Below are positions 28,792 through 36,923 of a DNA stretch of 64,000 nt, one piece after another. Each line of letters starts with the position of its first letter. Position 1 is the first letter of the stretch. The DNA comes from an uncultured Gammaproteobacteria bacterium (GTDB lineage Bacteria; Patescibacteriota; Microgenomatia; Levybacterales; GWA1-39-11), in NCBI GenBank assembly GCA_964504535.1, contig CAZDED010000008.1:12673-76672 (forward strand), read 5' to 3'. The notes below the pieces were generated by a model that saw nothing but the letters and a program-made list of their open reading frames with translations, was not told the origin of the DNA and searched no databases. Position numbers and translations under genes: made by a program.

Positions 28792-30096
28792 ATGCACCAA
28801 AAAGATATACTATCCTCAAAAAGAATACAAATAAGCTATAAGGTCTTTTATTTGTGTGGCCTCGCATTGATTACCGTAAGTGTTGTTCTGCTTGCTTTAT
28901 TTTTATACAACAATAAAAAAGCTTCCCATATTGAGAACAGTAATTTTTGGAAATTCGAAGCAATTGATACCATGAAATACTCAAGGGATCTTGCACGTGA
29001 GAAGTTGAACCATCCCCTTTTTAATTTGGTAATTGATCAGCAAGTGCGAGATATAGCTGCAACAGGAGCCACACACATTGCTATTGCAACACCATATGAT
29101 GATGAATTCTACCCAATGTTAAAACGATGGGTAGAATCTGCTCGAAAATATAGACTAAAAATATGGTTTCGAGGCAATTTCTCAGGCTGGGAAGGCTGGT
29201 TTGAATACTCCAAAATCACAAGAGCTGAACACATGGAGTTAACCGAAAAATTTCTAGAGGAGCATCCTGAGATTTTTGAAAATGGAGACGTTTTTACTGC
29301 GTGCCCGGAGTGTGAGAATGGGGGACCAGGAAATCCAACGCGTATAGGTGACGTTGAGGGACACAGAAAATTTCTAATAGCAGAATATCAGGTGACAAAG
29401 AAGGGATTTCTCAAAATGGGAAAAACTGTTGCCTCAAACTATGACTCTATGAATAAAGATGTTGCCGTTGCTGTTATGGATAAAGAGACGACTGCTGCCC
29501 TTGATGGAATTGTGACTATTGATCATTACGTTTCGACCCCAGAGAAATTAGCAAAAGATATAGATGATTTGGCAGAGAAAAGCGGTGGCAAAATTGTTCT
29601 CGGAGAATTTGGTGTACCAATACCTGATATCAATGGAGAAATGACTGAAACTCAACAGGCAGACTGGGTTAGAAGGGCTGGACAGTTGATAGTAAATTCA
29701 AAAAATCTAGTAGGACTTTCGTATTGGGTAAACCTTGGAGGCTCAACTAAATTGTGGAATGACGACAATACAAAAAGAAAGGTTGTCGACTCCATTTCTT
29801 CATTTTACAACCCTAAGCAGCTTTTGGTGATAGTGGATGATGAGGCTGGGCAACCAATTGAAGGTGCAAGAGTTTTAGGTAAGGAGAGATTTGAATTGAC
29901 ACGCAAGGATGGAAAGGCAATGCTCCCTTATTTAGATGAAAATCAAGAAGTTACGATAAGTGCTGACAATTATAAAGATTCAACATATAAACTTAGTCAT
30001 CTTATAGAGAGCAGACAGGTGATTCTGGAAAGAAATTATGAAAGTTCTATATTTAAGCTCAAAAAGTTTTTTAAAAGAGTTTTTCCCTTCTTGTAA
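28792..30096 (+). CDS. Membrane-anchored glycoside-hydrolase-like TIM barrel with C-terminal Ig-like domain
   Basis: N-terminal TM, candidate catalytic residues in PECE and LGEFG (GH-A style), and C-terminal DEAGQPIEGARV. Confidence 0.6.
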   Translation: MHQKDILSSKRIQISYKVFYLCGLALITVSVVLLALFLYNNKKASHIENSNFWKFEAIDTMKYSRDLAREKLNHPLFNLVIDQQVRDIAATGATHIAIATPYDDEFYPMLKRWVESARKYRLKIWFRGNFSGWEGWFEYSKITRAEHMELTEKFLEEHPEIFENGDVFTACPECENGGPGNPTRIGDVEGHRKFLIAEYQVTKKGFLKMGKTVASNYDSMNKDVAVAVMDKETTAALDGIVTIDHYVSTPEKLAKDIDDLAEKSGGKIVLGEFGVPIPDINGEMTETQQADWVRRAGQLIVNSKNLVGLSYWVNLGGSTKLWNDDNTKRKVVDSISSFYNPKQLLVIVDDEAGQPIEGARVLGKERFELTRKDGKAMLPYLDENQEVTISADNYKDSTYKLSHLIESRQVILERNYESSIFKLKKFFKRVFPFL

Positions 30097-30128
30097 ACCA
30101 AGCATGCTGGCATTGTGATGTAGGCATA

Positions 30129-30256
30129 AATACCTGTTGACAGACTTTTAATTAAATTAACTCAATAACAAGTAGTTTGTGCCTAGCATTTACATATTGA
30201 CAAGCTCATAAGCAAAGCTTGCAAGTCTGTCCGCAATACCTCTTGACAGACTTATA
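30129..30256 (+). repeat. 22-bp near-perfect direct repeat containing TTGACA
   Basis: AATACCTGTTGACAGACTTTTA (30129) versus AATACCTCTTGACAGACTTATA (30235). The second copy forms TTGACA-N17-TATACT. Confidence 0.75.
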
Positions 30257-30287
30257 GTTATATACTATACTACGATTTGTTGAATTT

Positions 30288-30902
30288 ATGAAAGATATTT
30301 CGCTAACACTTTTATCTCTTTCCGTTGCTGTTGCAATTTTTGCAAAGCCTATTAGTGCTTCAGAGCAAGCATTTACCTCCTGCCTCACACCTACAGGAAC
30401 AGTTATTGCTGACTATGCGGATGGTACGCATGGCATAGTTGGACAAGGTAGTGCAACCGGACACGACACAGTCTATTCACTCGGAAATGGAAACGTTTTG
30501 CAGTGTCTGTGTGGTGCAGATGGAGTAGGTGTTCAAACAAATTGGATGCCAATTGAAGAATTATCAGGTGACCAAATCAAGATCTATGAGAATCAAGGAT
30601 GGATTTATGTGCCAACAGGTTCTGCCTGGGGGCTTTCAGAGGGGGCATATTTAGCTAAAAACATTAGTTATACTTGCGGTGGAAGCTCAACTACCAACTC
30701 AGGTGGCGGATCTGCTGGGGGAGATGGAAGAACTGATGGAAGAACAGACGGACGCTCTGATGGGTTAGGTTCTATCGTACAAGCAGCAAAGGGTAGTGCC
30801 GGGCTTGCCTCAACGGGAAATATTACATTTGTACTTTCAATCTTAGGTGCAGGAATTTTCCTGACTCTAGTAGGACTCTTCATGCGCAAAAATACTAAGT
30901 AA
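30288..30902 (+). CDS. Secreted protein with sortase sorting signal (LASTG-TM-basic tail)
   Basis: Signal peptide, four Cys, Gly/Ser linker, DGRT repeats, then LASTG, a hydrophobic helix and RKNTK. Confidence 0.8.
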   Translation: MKDISLTLLSLSVAVAIFAKPISASEQAFTSCLTPTGTVIADYADGTHGIVGQGSATGHDTVYSLGNGNVLQCLCGADGVGVQTNWMPIEELSGDQIKIYENQGWIYVPTGSAWGLSEGAYLAKNISYTCGGSSTTNSGGGSAGGDGRTDGRTDGRSDGLGSIVQAAKGSAGLASTGNITFVLSILGAGIFLTLVGLFMRKNTK

Positions 30903-30910
30903 TTAGTACT

Positions 30911-31444
30911 ATGCAAAACCTTTTTTCCAAGTTATTTCTGATAGTAGGAATCTGCTTTTTAGCGTTTGCTGCCTATCTGCTGTACCAAAGAAACTTTACA
31001 AATCCTCTGACCTTCAAAACAGAACCTCAGGTAATCCAAAACATCGGCGTACAATTGCCAAAATCAATTGAGATCCCGTCAATTAAGGCAAATTTAGCGA
31101 TAGTACCTGCAACAATCCGTGGGAAATCTTGGGAAACCACAAGTACTGGCGTTTCTTACCTAAGAACAACACCGTTGCCAGGAAGCAAGGGCAACAGCGT
31201 GATATATGGGCATAATTGGAAAAGCATTCTGGGAGATCTTCCTCAAGTCAAACCTGGCCAAAAGATAGTGATCACGATGAATGATGGTGTGAAAAAGGAG
31301 TTCAAGGTGGAATATACAGCAACAGTTGACCCGTCACAAACCTACATAATAGATAACACCAAAGACACAAGGATCACTATCTACACCTGCACCGGTTTTT
31401 TGGATTCAAAGAGATTCGTAGTTGTAGCATTCCCCGTAAGCTAA
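30911..31444 (+). CDS. Sortase
   Basis: N-terminal TM, IEIPSI, catalytic His in YGHN, TIYTC, and Arg in KRFVV. Confidence 0.92.
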   Translation: MQNLFSKLFLIVGICFLAFAAYLLYQRNFTNPLTFKTEPQVIQNIGVQLPKSIEIPSIKANLAIVPATIRGKSWETTSTGVSYLRTTPLPGSKGNSVIYGHNWKSILGDLPQVKPGQKIVITMNDGVKKEFKVEYTATVDPSQTYIIDNTKDTRITIYTCTGFLDSKRFVVVAFPVS

Positions 31445-31589
31445 CAAGAAAGATATTATAAAAATTGTGTGTTGTAGTTTTTGTCAGAACGAGCCAATAA
31501 GACTACTTAAGACATAATTGATTTAATTTTAGAACAGGTTTAGTCTTTAGTAGACTATGTATTCGGCAGAAATTCTAGTTTGATCGTTG

Positions 31590-31616
31590 AACCGACCCTT
31601 CGTGGTCGGTTTTTTT
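31590..31616 (+). terminator. Terminator-like hairpin immediately upstream of the RBS of the 520-aa gene
   Basis: AACCGACC-CTTCGT-GGTCGGTT followed by a T-run. Confidence 0.65.
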
Positions 31617-31640
31617 CTGTCATGAAAGGGGGTGAAAAAT

Positions 31641-33194
31641 ATGAATATAAAAAAAATAATAGTGACATCAGTAACTCTTGGTACAATGTTATTTGCAACT
31701 GCGCTGCCTGCATTTGCAGATACAACTGTTACAGTAACACCTCCATCATTAGCTGTGGATATAGCAGATGTTATGGCACATACAACAAAGTGGTTTTTCT
31801 ATAATGATGAATCCGATACAATTGATAACACTTTAGGTTCTTTTGTAACTGGTCCAGCTATCACACCTGAGGGTATCGGAAGTGCACAAATAAGCGTTAC
31901 CGGGACTCAAAGAAGAAACATTGCAACATATCAATTTAGTGGAACTCCACTAGCAAGCATTACAGTGCTTAAATTTAGCACCTATAATCCATCATCTGGA
32001 AATGCTGGTAGCGCAAACCGTTCAGCATATCTCAATTTCAATGTGGATTTTAATGGATCCGACACTTGGCAAAAGCGTCTTGTCTATGTTCCAAGTCAAA
32101 ATGGAACAGTAGTACAAAATTCTTGGCAAGATTGGGATGCTATAAATGGTGGAGCAGCAATGTGGGCATATTCTGGAACAACTTGGCCAGGCACGGCTAT
32201 TTCTGGAACAACTCTTAGAACCTGGAATGATGTTCTTACCTCTTATCCTGGAGTGAGAGTCAGAGTAACTGATTCATGGCTAGGTCTCCGCGTTGGAGAG
32301 CCTTATGCAGATGGATATACAGATAATATAGATGCATTTAAATTTGGAACTGCAGCTGGAGTGACTACTTACGATTTTGATCCAGTAGTAGCTTCAGGAG
32401 AAATAACATCTCCAACTGATCTTGAACATGTTACAGGAAGTTTGCATCTAGCTGCTAATTATAGTGATGACGATGTTCCAAACGCTGATAATGCTGTACA
32501 GTGGGCAGTTAGACAAGGAACATGTGCAGCTGGAACTGGTACAGTTCTTGGAAATGTTGATGGTCACTCAGATGTTGCATCATGGGATGGTAATACATTT
32601 TCATTTGACACCGATGTATCCTCATTTACTCCTGGCGCATATTGTTTTGTTTTCAATCCAACGGATGATGCAGGACAACCTGATGTTAGGGAAACAAGGA
32701 ACTTCTTTATTGATGCTCCTTTGGTTGGACCGCCGACGAGGATCAGCGAGTGTAAAAATAGCGGGTGGAAGACATTTAATAATCCTTCGTTTTCCAATCA
32801 AGGTAAATGTGTTTCCTACGTAAGGCAACATGCTCATTCGATACTCGGAAACATTCGGTACAATGCGTACGGCCTTAATAGAACCGCTCAGTTCTTCGCT
32901 TCAACTGCAGAAGACGGAGCTTTCCAATATTCTGATGCGCATCATGATTGGTACAGAGTTATTGTGAAGAGCGTTAAGGTAGACGGACACGATGGGTGGT
33001 TTGCAGGTCGAGTTTGGCAAGCAAGCAATCATGCGTGGGTTGGTCAATGGCTTTTTGCAAAAGTAAAAGATAGTAGTCCGCATCAAATTTGGGGTAGTTT
33101 TACAACTCAATCAGCTGCTTTGAATGGTGTGGCGTCAATGAGTACACCAACGGATGGACCATTTAATACATTAGGAGCACTTGTCGTGCACTAA
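31641..33194 (+). CDS. Large secreted multi-domain beta-rich surface protein
   Basis: Signal peptide ending ALPAFA, T/G/W-rich domains, a CKNSGW...NQGKCVSY module, and a strong SD (GAAAGGGGGTGA). Confidence 0.8.
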   Translation: MNIKKIIVTSVTLGTMLFATALPAFADTTVTVTPPSLAVDIADVMAHTTKWFFYNDESDTIDNTLGSFVTGPAITPEGIGSAQISVTGTQRRNIATYQFSGTPLASITVLKFSTYNPSSGNAGSANRSAYLNFNVDFNGSDTWQKRLVYVPSQNGTVVQNSWQDWDAINGGAAMWAYSGTTWPGTAISGTTLRTWNDVLTSYPGVRVRVTDSWLGLRVGEPYADGYTDNIDAFKFGTAAGVTTYDFDPVVASGEITSPTDLEHVTGSLHLAANYSDDDVPNADNAVQWAVRQGTCAAGTGTVLGNVDGHSDVASWDGNTFSFDTDVSSFTPGAYCFVFNPTDDAGQPDVRETRNFFIDAPLVGPPTRISECKNSGWKTFNNPSFSNQGKCVSYVRQHAHSILGNIRYNAYGLNRTAQFFASTAEDGAFQYSDAHHDWYRVIVKSVKVDGHDGWFAGRVWQASNHAWVGQWLFAKVKDSSPHQIWGSFTTQSAALNGVASMSTPTDGPFNTLGALVVH

Positions 33195-33210
33195 TAAGTA
33201 TTACTTTAAA

Positions 33211-33239
33211 AAACAGCCTCGCTAGGTGCGAGGCTGTTT
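33211..33239. terminator. Intrinsic terminator hairpin
   Basis: AAACAGCCTCGC-TAGGT-GCGAGGCTGTTT. Confidence 0.75.
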
Positions 33240-33268
33240 GGGTAGAAAAAAAGAAGCTAGTAGCTAGA

Positions 33269-33297
33269 TTGACGAAACATTAACCTCCCGCTATAAT
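33269..33297 (+). promoter_or_regulatory. Consensus sigma70 promoter, probably leaderless
   Basis: TTGACG-N17-TATAAT ending 9 nt before the ATG at 33307. Confidence 0.75.
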
Positions 33298-33306
33298 ATC
33301 TACCTT

Positions 33307-33870
33307 ATGCCTGAAATGGAGCCACACGAAACATTCGACGGAAAGCCAGCTTACGATATTGGCCTTGAGGTTGGTGACCGATTTCCTGCCTTCGAAAATA
33401 GATCGATGAAATTTCATATTTTTGATAATGCATTATTTGATGGAATCAATAACGAAGCAAATGAAAGAGTAATGGAAAGAAAGGACTTCCTGCACTCTTG
33501 CTTTAGAATAGGAAATGTATTGGCAGTGTTGGAACCAGAGGATCGAATGGCCGTAAGGGATAGTGCAGGGTTAGAAGTTCCTGTCAACTACATGGACGAC
33601 AGATACTATCAGTCTAGAAACTTGCCAAGCGACATATCCCCAAGTCACAGTTTTAAAATACTATCCCCAGGACTAAATGTGTTGATGGAACAATGTAATA
33701 AGTATGGTGTAGGTATTGAGGAAGCTTTTGAAAGAACCCTTAGAATTGGCGTAGAATTATCAGCTACTCTGCGAGAAAAAGGTAATTGGATTCCTATTTA
33801 TCACAAAGACAAAAAATATCCAATAAGGGCTCACTTCTTTAACTCTCCTGCTGCCAAAAGACAACAGTAA
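33307..33870 (+). CDS. Hypothetical protein (orphan)
   Basis: 187-aa ORF with its own promoter and terminator. Confidence 0.7.
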   Translation: MPEMEPHETFDGKPAYDIGLEVGDRFPAFENRSMKFHIFDNALFDGINNEANERVMERKDFLHSCFRIGNVLAVLEPEDRMAVRDSAGLEVPVNYMDDRYYQSRNLPSDISPSHSFKILSPGLNVLMEQCNKYGVGIEEAFERTLRIGVELSATLREKGNWIPIYHKDKKYPIRAHFFNSPAAKRQQ

Positions 33871-33895
33871 TAGTTGTCTTTCCACATTCTCACCT

Positions 33896-33936
33896 AACAA
33901 AAAGACCTGCTGTGACACAGGCCTTTTTGTTTTTTT
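33896..33936. terminator. Bidirectional intrinsic terminator
   Basis: AACAAAAAGACCTG...CAGGCCTTTTTGTT followed by a T-run. Confidence 0.7.
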
Positions 33937-34098
33937 GGATCATTTTGTTATATAAACAAACTTTTTTACGGTTTGTTTTAACAAAATATTCCTGACTATC
34001 GAAATGGTACTTCTCCAGAATCGCCTTCTAGTAGACTCTTCCTTCAATGTACCGTCCTTCCTCAGAATCGGATCCAATCCTTTTGGTTGGACTATATA

Positions 34099-34127
34099 AA
34101 GTTAGAACTTTTTTATATTTTTGTCAA
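34099..34127 (-). promoter_or_regulatory. Sigma70 promoter driving an unannotated ~200-nt transcript
   Basis: Minus-strand TTGACA-N17-TAACTT. Confidence 0.55.
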
Positions 34128-34184
34128 GTTGGGGTCGTGACCAAAATATTTGTAATCTAACCTCAAGAGTACTATAATCGCAAA

Positions 34185-34520
34185 ATGGAACAAAACTTTT
34201 TCAGAAAAGACGGGTACCTGGAGTCAGCAATAGCAAATCAACAAGAGCAAAGATTTGCTGTTATTGAAGCAGAATTTTTTGCAGCAGGTATTTTGCTGGA
34301 AAGCGAAGGTGTAAGCTGGTGGTCCCCCTATGAGGCTGGCATTAAAGTTAGAGAAATCCGTGCTAATTTTGAAAAAAATACTGAAGTCGAAGACTCAGAC
34401 ATTAGGTCTGGCGTTGGTTACACAGCGCTCAGTCATCTCGTAGCAAAAGAAAAAGTTAAGGGTAAGCCATCTGAAATAAATCCAAACATTACTCTTTATC
34501 AAACTGTCCCACAAAGTTAA
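34185..34520 (+). CDS. Hypothetical protein (possible winged helix)
   Basis: 111-aa ORF with TATAAT just upstream. Confidence 0.6.
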   Translation: MEQNFFRKDGYLESAIANQQEQRFAVIEAEFFAAGILLESEGVSWWSPYEAGIKVREIRANFEKNTEVEDSDIRSGVGYTALSHLVAKEKVKGKPSEINPNITLYQTVPQS

Positions 34521-34532
34521 AACATATAAGCT

Positions 34533-34982
34533 TTAAAACACTTCAACTCTGGTTCCTACTTGCGCCCAATCATACACCCACTTCGAGTCAGCAACCGACA
34601 GATTTACGCATCCATGAGATGCGCGGGACCCAAAAAGGCTATGCCAATAGACTCCGTGGATTGCATAAGCTTGGTAGAAATACATGACATTGGGGACATC
34701 TTTTCGAAAATAAGGCTCGTAGGGAGGGTAATTCCCCTTCATATTCTGTTTGTCACGTTTTGATCTTACCTTAAAACTCCCCTTAACAGTCGGTGTATAG
34801 CGCATGCCAGTCGACACCCTGAACTCCTGCAGTACTCTCCCTCCTTCCCAGGCATACAACTTTTGCTTTCCGATATCAACAGTTATGAGCTTGTCGGCCG
34901 TTGAGATATCTTGTGCACTTGCCTTTGAAGGGATAACAAAGAATAGAATGAGGCATACAAAGATCAGGAATTTGCTTCTCAT
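34533..34982 (-). CDS. L,D-transpeptidase (YkuD family)
   Basis: VSTG, TPTVKG, AIHGVYW...SHGCVNL and a signal peptide. Start is placed at MRSK. Confidence 0.92.
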   Translation of the reverse strand: MRSKFLIFVCLILFFVIPSKASAQDISTADKLITVDIGKQKLYAWEGGRVLQEFRVSTGMRYTPTVKGSFKVRSKRDKQNMKGNYPPYEPYFRKDVPNVMYFYQAYAIHGVYWHSLFGSRASHGCVNLSVADSKWVYDWAQVGTRVEVF

Positions 34983-35048
34983 ATATTTAGTATACAAGAA
35001 GTGCTACCATATATTAAGATTTAGGAATTTGAAAGGAGGTGAGTAAAT

Positions 35049-35258
35049 ATGAAGTGGTTACACATGCTCGCTTTTATTTTAGTAGTAGTGGGAGGTGTCA
35101 ACTGGGGACTTGTAGGTCTTCTTAATTTCAATTTGGTAACTATGCTTGTCGGCTCTTTGGGAGGCGTAGAAAAAATTGTTTATATCCTAGTTGGACTTTC
35201 AGCAGTTTATCTTGCAGCAACTCATATGAGTGACTGTAAGGTTTGTGCAAAAAAATAG
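35049..35258 (+). CDS. DUF378 small membrane protein
   Basis: LVVVGGVNWGLVG...IVYILVGLSA and a strong SD. Confidence 0.9.
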   Translation: MKWLHMLAFILVVVGGVNWGLVGLLNFNLVTMLVGSLGGVEKIVYILVGLSAVYLAATHMSDCKVCAKK

Positions 35259-35268
35259 TTTCGTAGCT

Positions 35269-35931
35269 TCAAGTTTGGGATTTTTTTATACTATATACTT
35301 TGACTCCATTGTCAAAAAGTATAGTTACACAATCTCCTATCTTGAAGTTTGAAGTTGCTATATTTTTAAACCAGAATCCTGGAATAGCTATGCCTGGACC
35401 GTCAATTCCAGCTCCATATGCTATTTGCCAGGATGTGGTATTGTCTTTTCTGACTATTTTACCTGATATTTCGGAAATATGACCGGAAGATTGTTTGATA
35501 TCAACAGGCGGAAGATAAAGAACACTACCAATGGCAAGTGCCGGTCCTCCTTCATTCAAAGCAATAATTTCAGTTGTTCTGCGCTCGTCCCCTAACTCTT
35601 TTTCTGCAACTGACGTTATCGAATCTCCTTCTTTCATGTAATAACTTACGAGATAATCTTTTTTCTGAGATGGCCCCGTTTTATCACAAATCTCAAGTTC
35701 AGGCGAAGGGGATGCAATTTGCGTTGGTGTAAGACTGAGCGGTGGGGCAGTCGGAATTTCCTGAAGAGAGGTGGTAGGCACCGGAGAGGGCTTGAGAGAA
35801 AGATCTGGGCCTCCTTTCCCCATTCCGTAACTTATTACAGCCACAATACCCAATGTAAATATCCACACGAGTACCCAAAGTATTTTACTATCAAAACCAG
35901 AATCATTATGTGATGGGGAACTGCCTTCCAC
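35269..35931 (-). CDS. Membrane-anchored LysM-domain protein
   Basis: TM helix, P/T/S linker, and YYMKEGDSITSVA...IIALN...LAIGSVLYLP. Confidence 0.75.
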   Translation of the reverse strand: MEGSSPSHNDSGFDSKILWVLVWIFTLGIVAVISYGMGKGGPDLSLKPSPVPTTSLQEIPTAPPLSLTPTQIASPSPELEICDKTGPSQKKDYLVSYYMKEGDSITSVAEKELGDERRTTEIIALNEGGPALAIGSVLYLPPVDIKQSSGHISEISGKIVRKDNTTSWQIAYGAGIDGPGIAIPGFWFKNIATSNFKIGDCVTILFDNGVKVYSIKKSQT

Positions 35932-35963
35932 GAATGCAAGGATATATAAAAGTCAGCAAAGAA

Positions 35964-36890
35964 TCAAGAGGTCTTGCGTTTTTTGGGAACTGGCGCTTTG
36001 ACCGGTGCAGATGGAGCCACCATAGAACTTGCTATAAAGCATATTACCCCAATAGCAACAAAAGTCATGACCCCCAAGATTTCAACCTGCAAGTATTTCT
36101 CAGCAAATGCCTTGACAACAATCGTACTTATTGAAGAAATAATGCCTGAAAGCTCTGCATTCTTGACGTCAAATTGAAGGGGTGCTTTGAAAAGACCAAG
36201 CGCTATTACTATTGGCAAACAGCAAAAGAATATAGAAGAAATAAAAGTAGCCCCAATCCACTTAAGCCTGCTTCTTACCCCTGAAGAGAGAAGAACAATG
36301 AGTCCAAGTAGTACAAAGAGGTAAACTGCTGTTAATGGCAGTGCAAACTTGAAAAAAGTATATACGGATTTTAATGGTTTTAAATTCTCACCAACAGGAA
36401 TTGAAAAATCGCTCTTCATCATTTTATTGAAATCCATCGTGTCATTTGGAAGTGATTCTCCGCTCATTTCGGCTTGTTGTTGCTGCTGTGCTCTCATCTC
36501 CTCAGATGCTTGCTGAAGTTGAATTAAAAGTTCAGGATTTTTTTGTTCAATTGAGTCTCTTAATTCTTTAAATGAAAGGACGGGAGGAGTTTTGGTTTTA
36601 CCATCTAACCATGAAAAAGTGTCATCGATAAGAGTTTCGCTTTTACCCTGAACATATGACGAGGTAAATTGCTCCCTGATAAAAGGCATTACCATATCCT
36701 CTGAGTCTGAAGATTCGGTTGTGAAAGACTCGATTTTAGAGCTTACCGTACCGTAAACGTTACTCTTCACCAATGTGTCTTTAAGAAAAGCCGGAGTAAA
36801 GCCACCTATCGCAAATACGAGAAATAGAAAGAGGAATTGGACGGAGAATCCGAAGCTTAATATTAGTAGTATTTTGAGTGCTGCTTTTAT
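35964..36890 (-). CDS. Hypothetical membrane protein, probably starting at a non-canonical ATA/ATT
   Basis: Frame is open upstream of 36773 and encodes a TM helix. AGGAG lies 5 nt before an ATA at 36890. Confidence 0.65.
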   Translation of the reverse strand: MKAALKILLILSFGFSVQFLFLFLVFAIGGFTPAFLKDTLVKSNVYGTVSSKIESFTTESSDSEDMVMPFIREQFTSSYVQGKSETLIDDTFSWLDGKTKTPPVLSFKELRDSIEQKNPELLIQLQQASEEMRAQQQQQAEMSGESLPNDTMDFNKMMKSDFSIPVGENLKPLKSVYTFFKFALPLTAVYLFVLLGLIVLLSSGVRSRLKWIGATFISSIFFCCLPIVIALGLFKAPLQFDVKNAELSGIISSISTIVVKAFAEKYLQVEILGVMTFVAIGVICFIASSMVAPSAPVKAPVPKKRKTS

Positions 36891-36923
36891 AATTTCTCCT
36901 GCCTAAAATTATCGTAGCACAGA

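Noticed and set aside
34030-34225. RKDGxL similarity between the minus-strand micro-ORF and the N-terminus of the divergent 111-aa gene
   Set aside because: The match is only about 5 residues and is likely chance.
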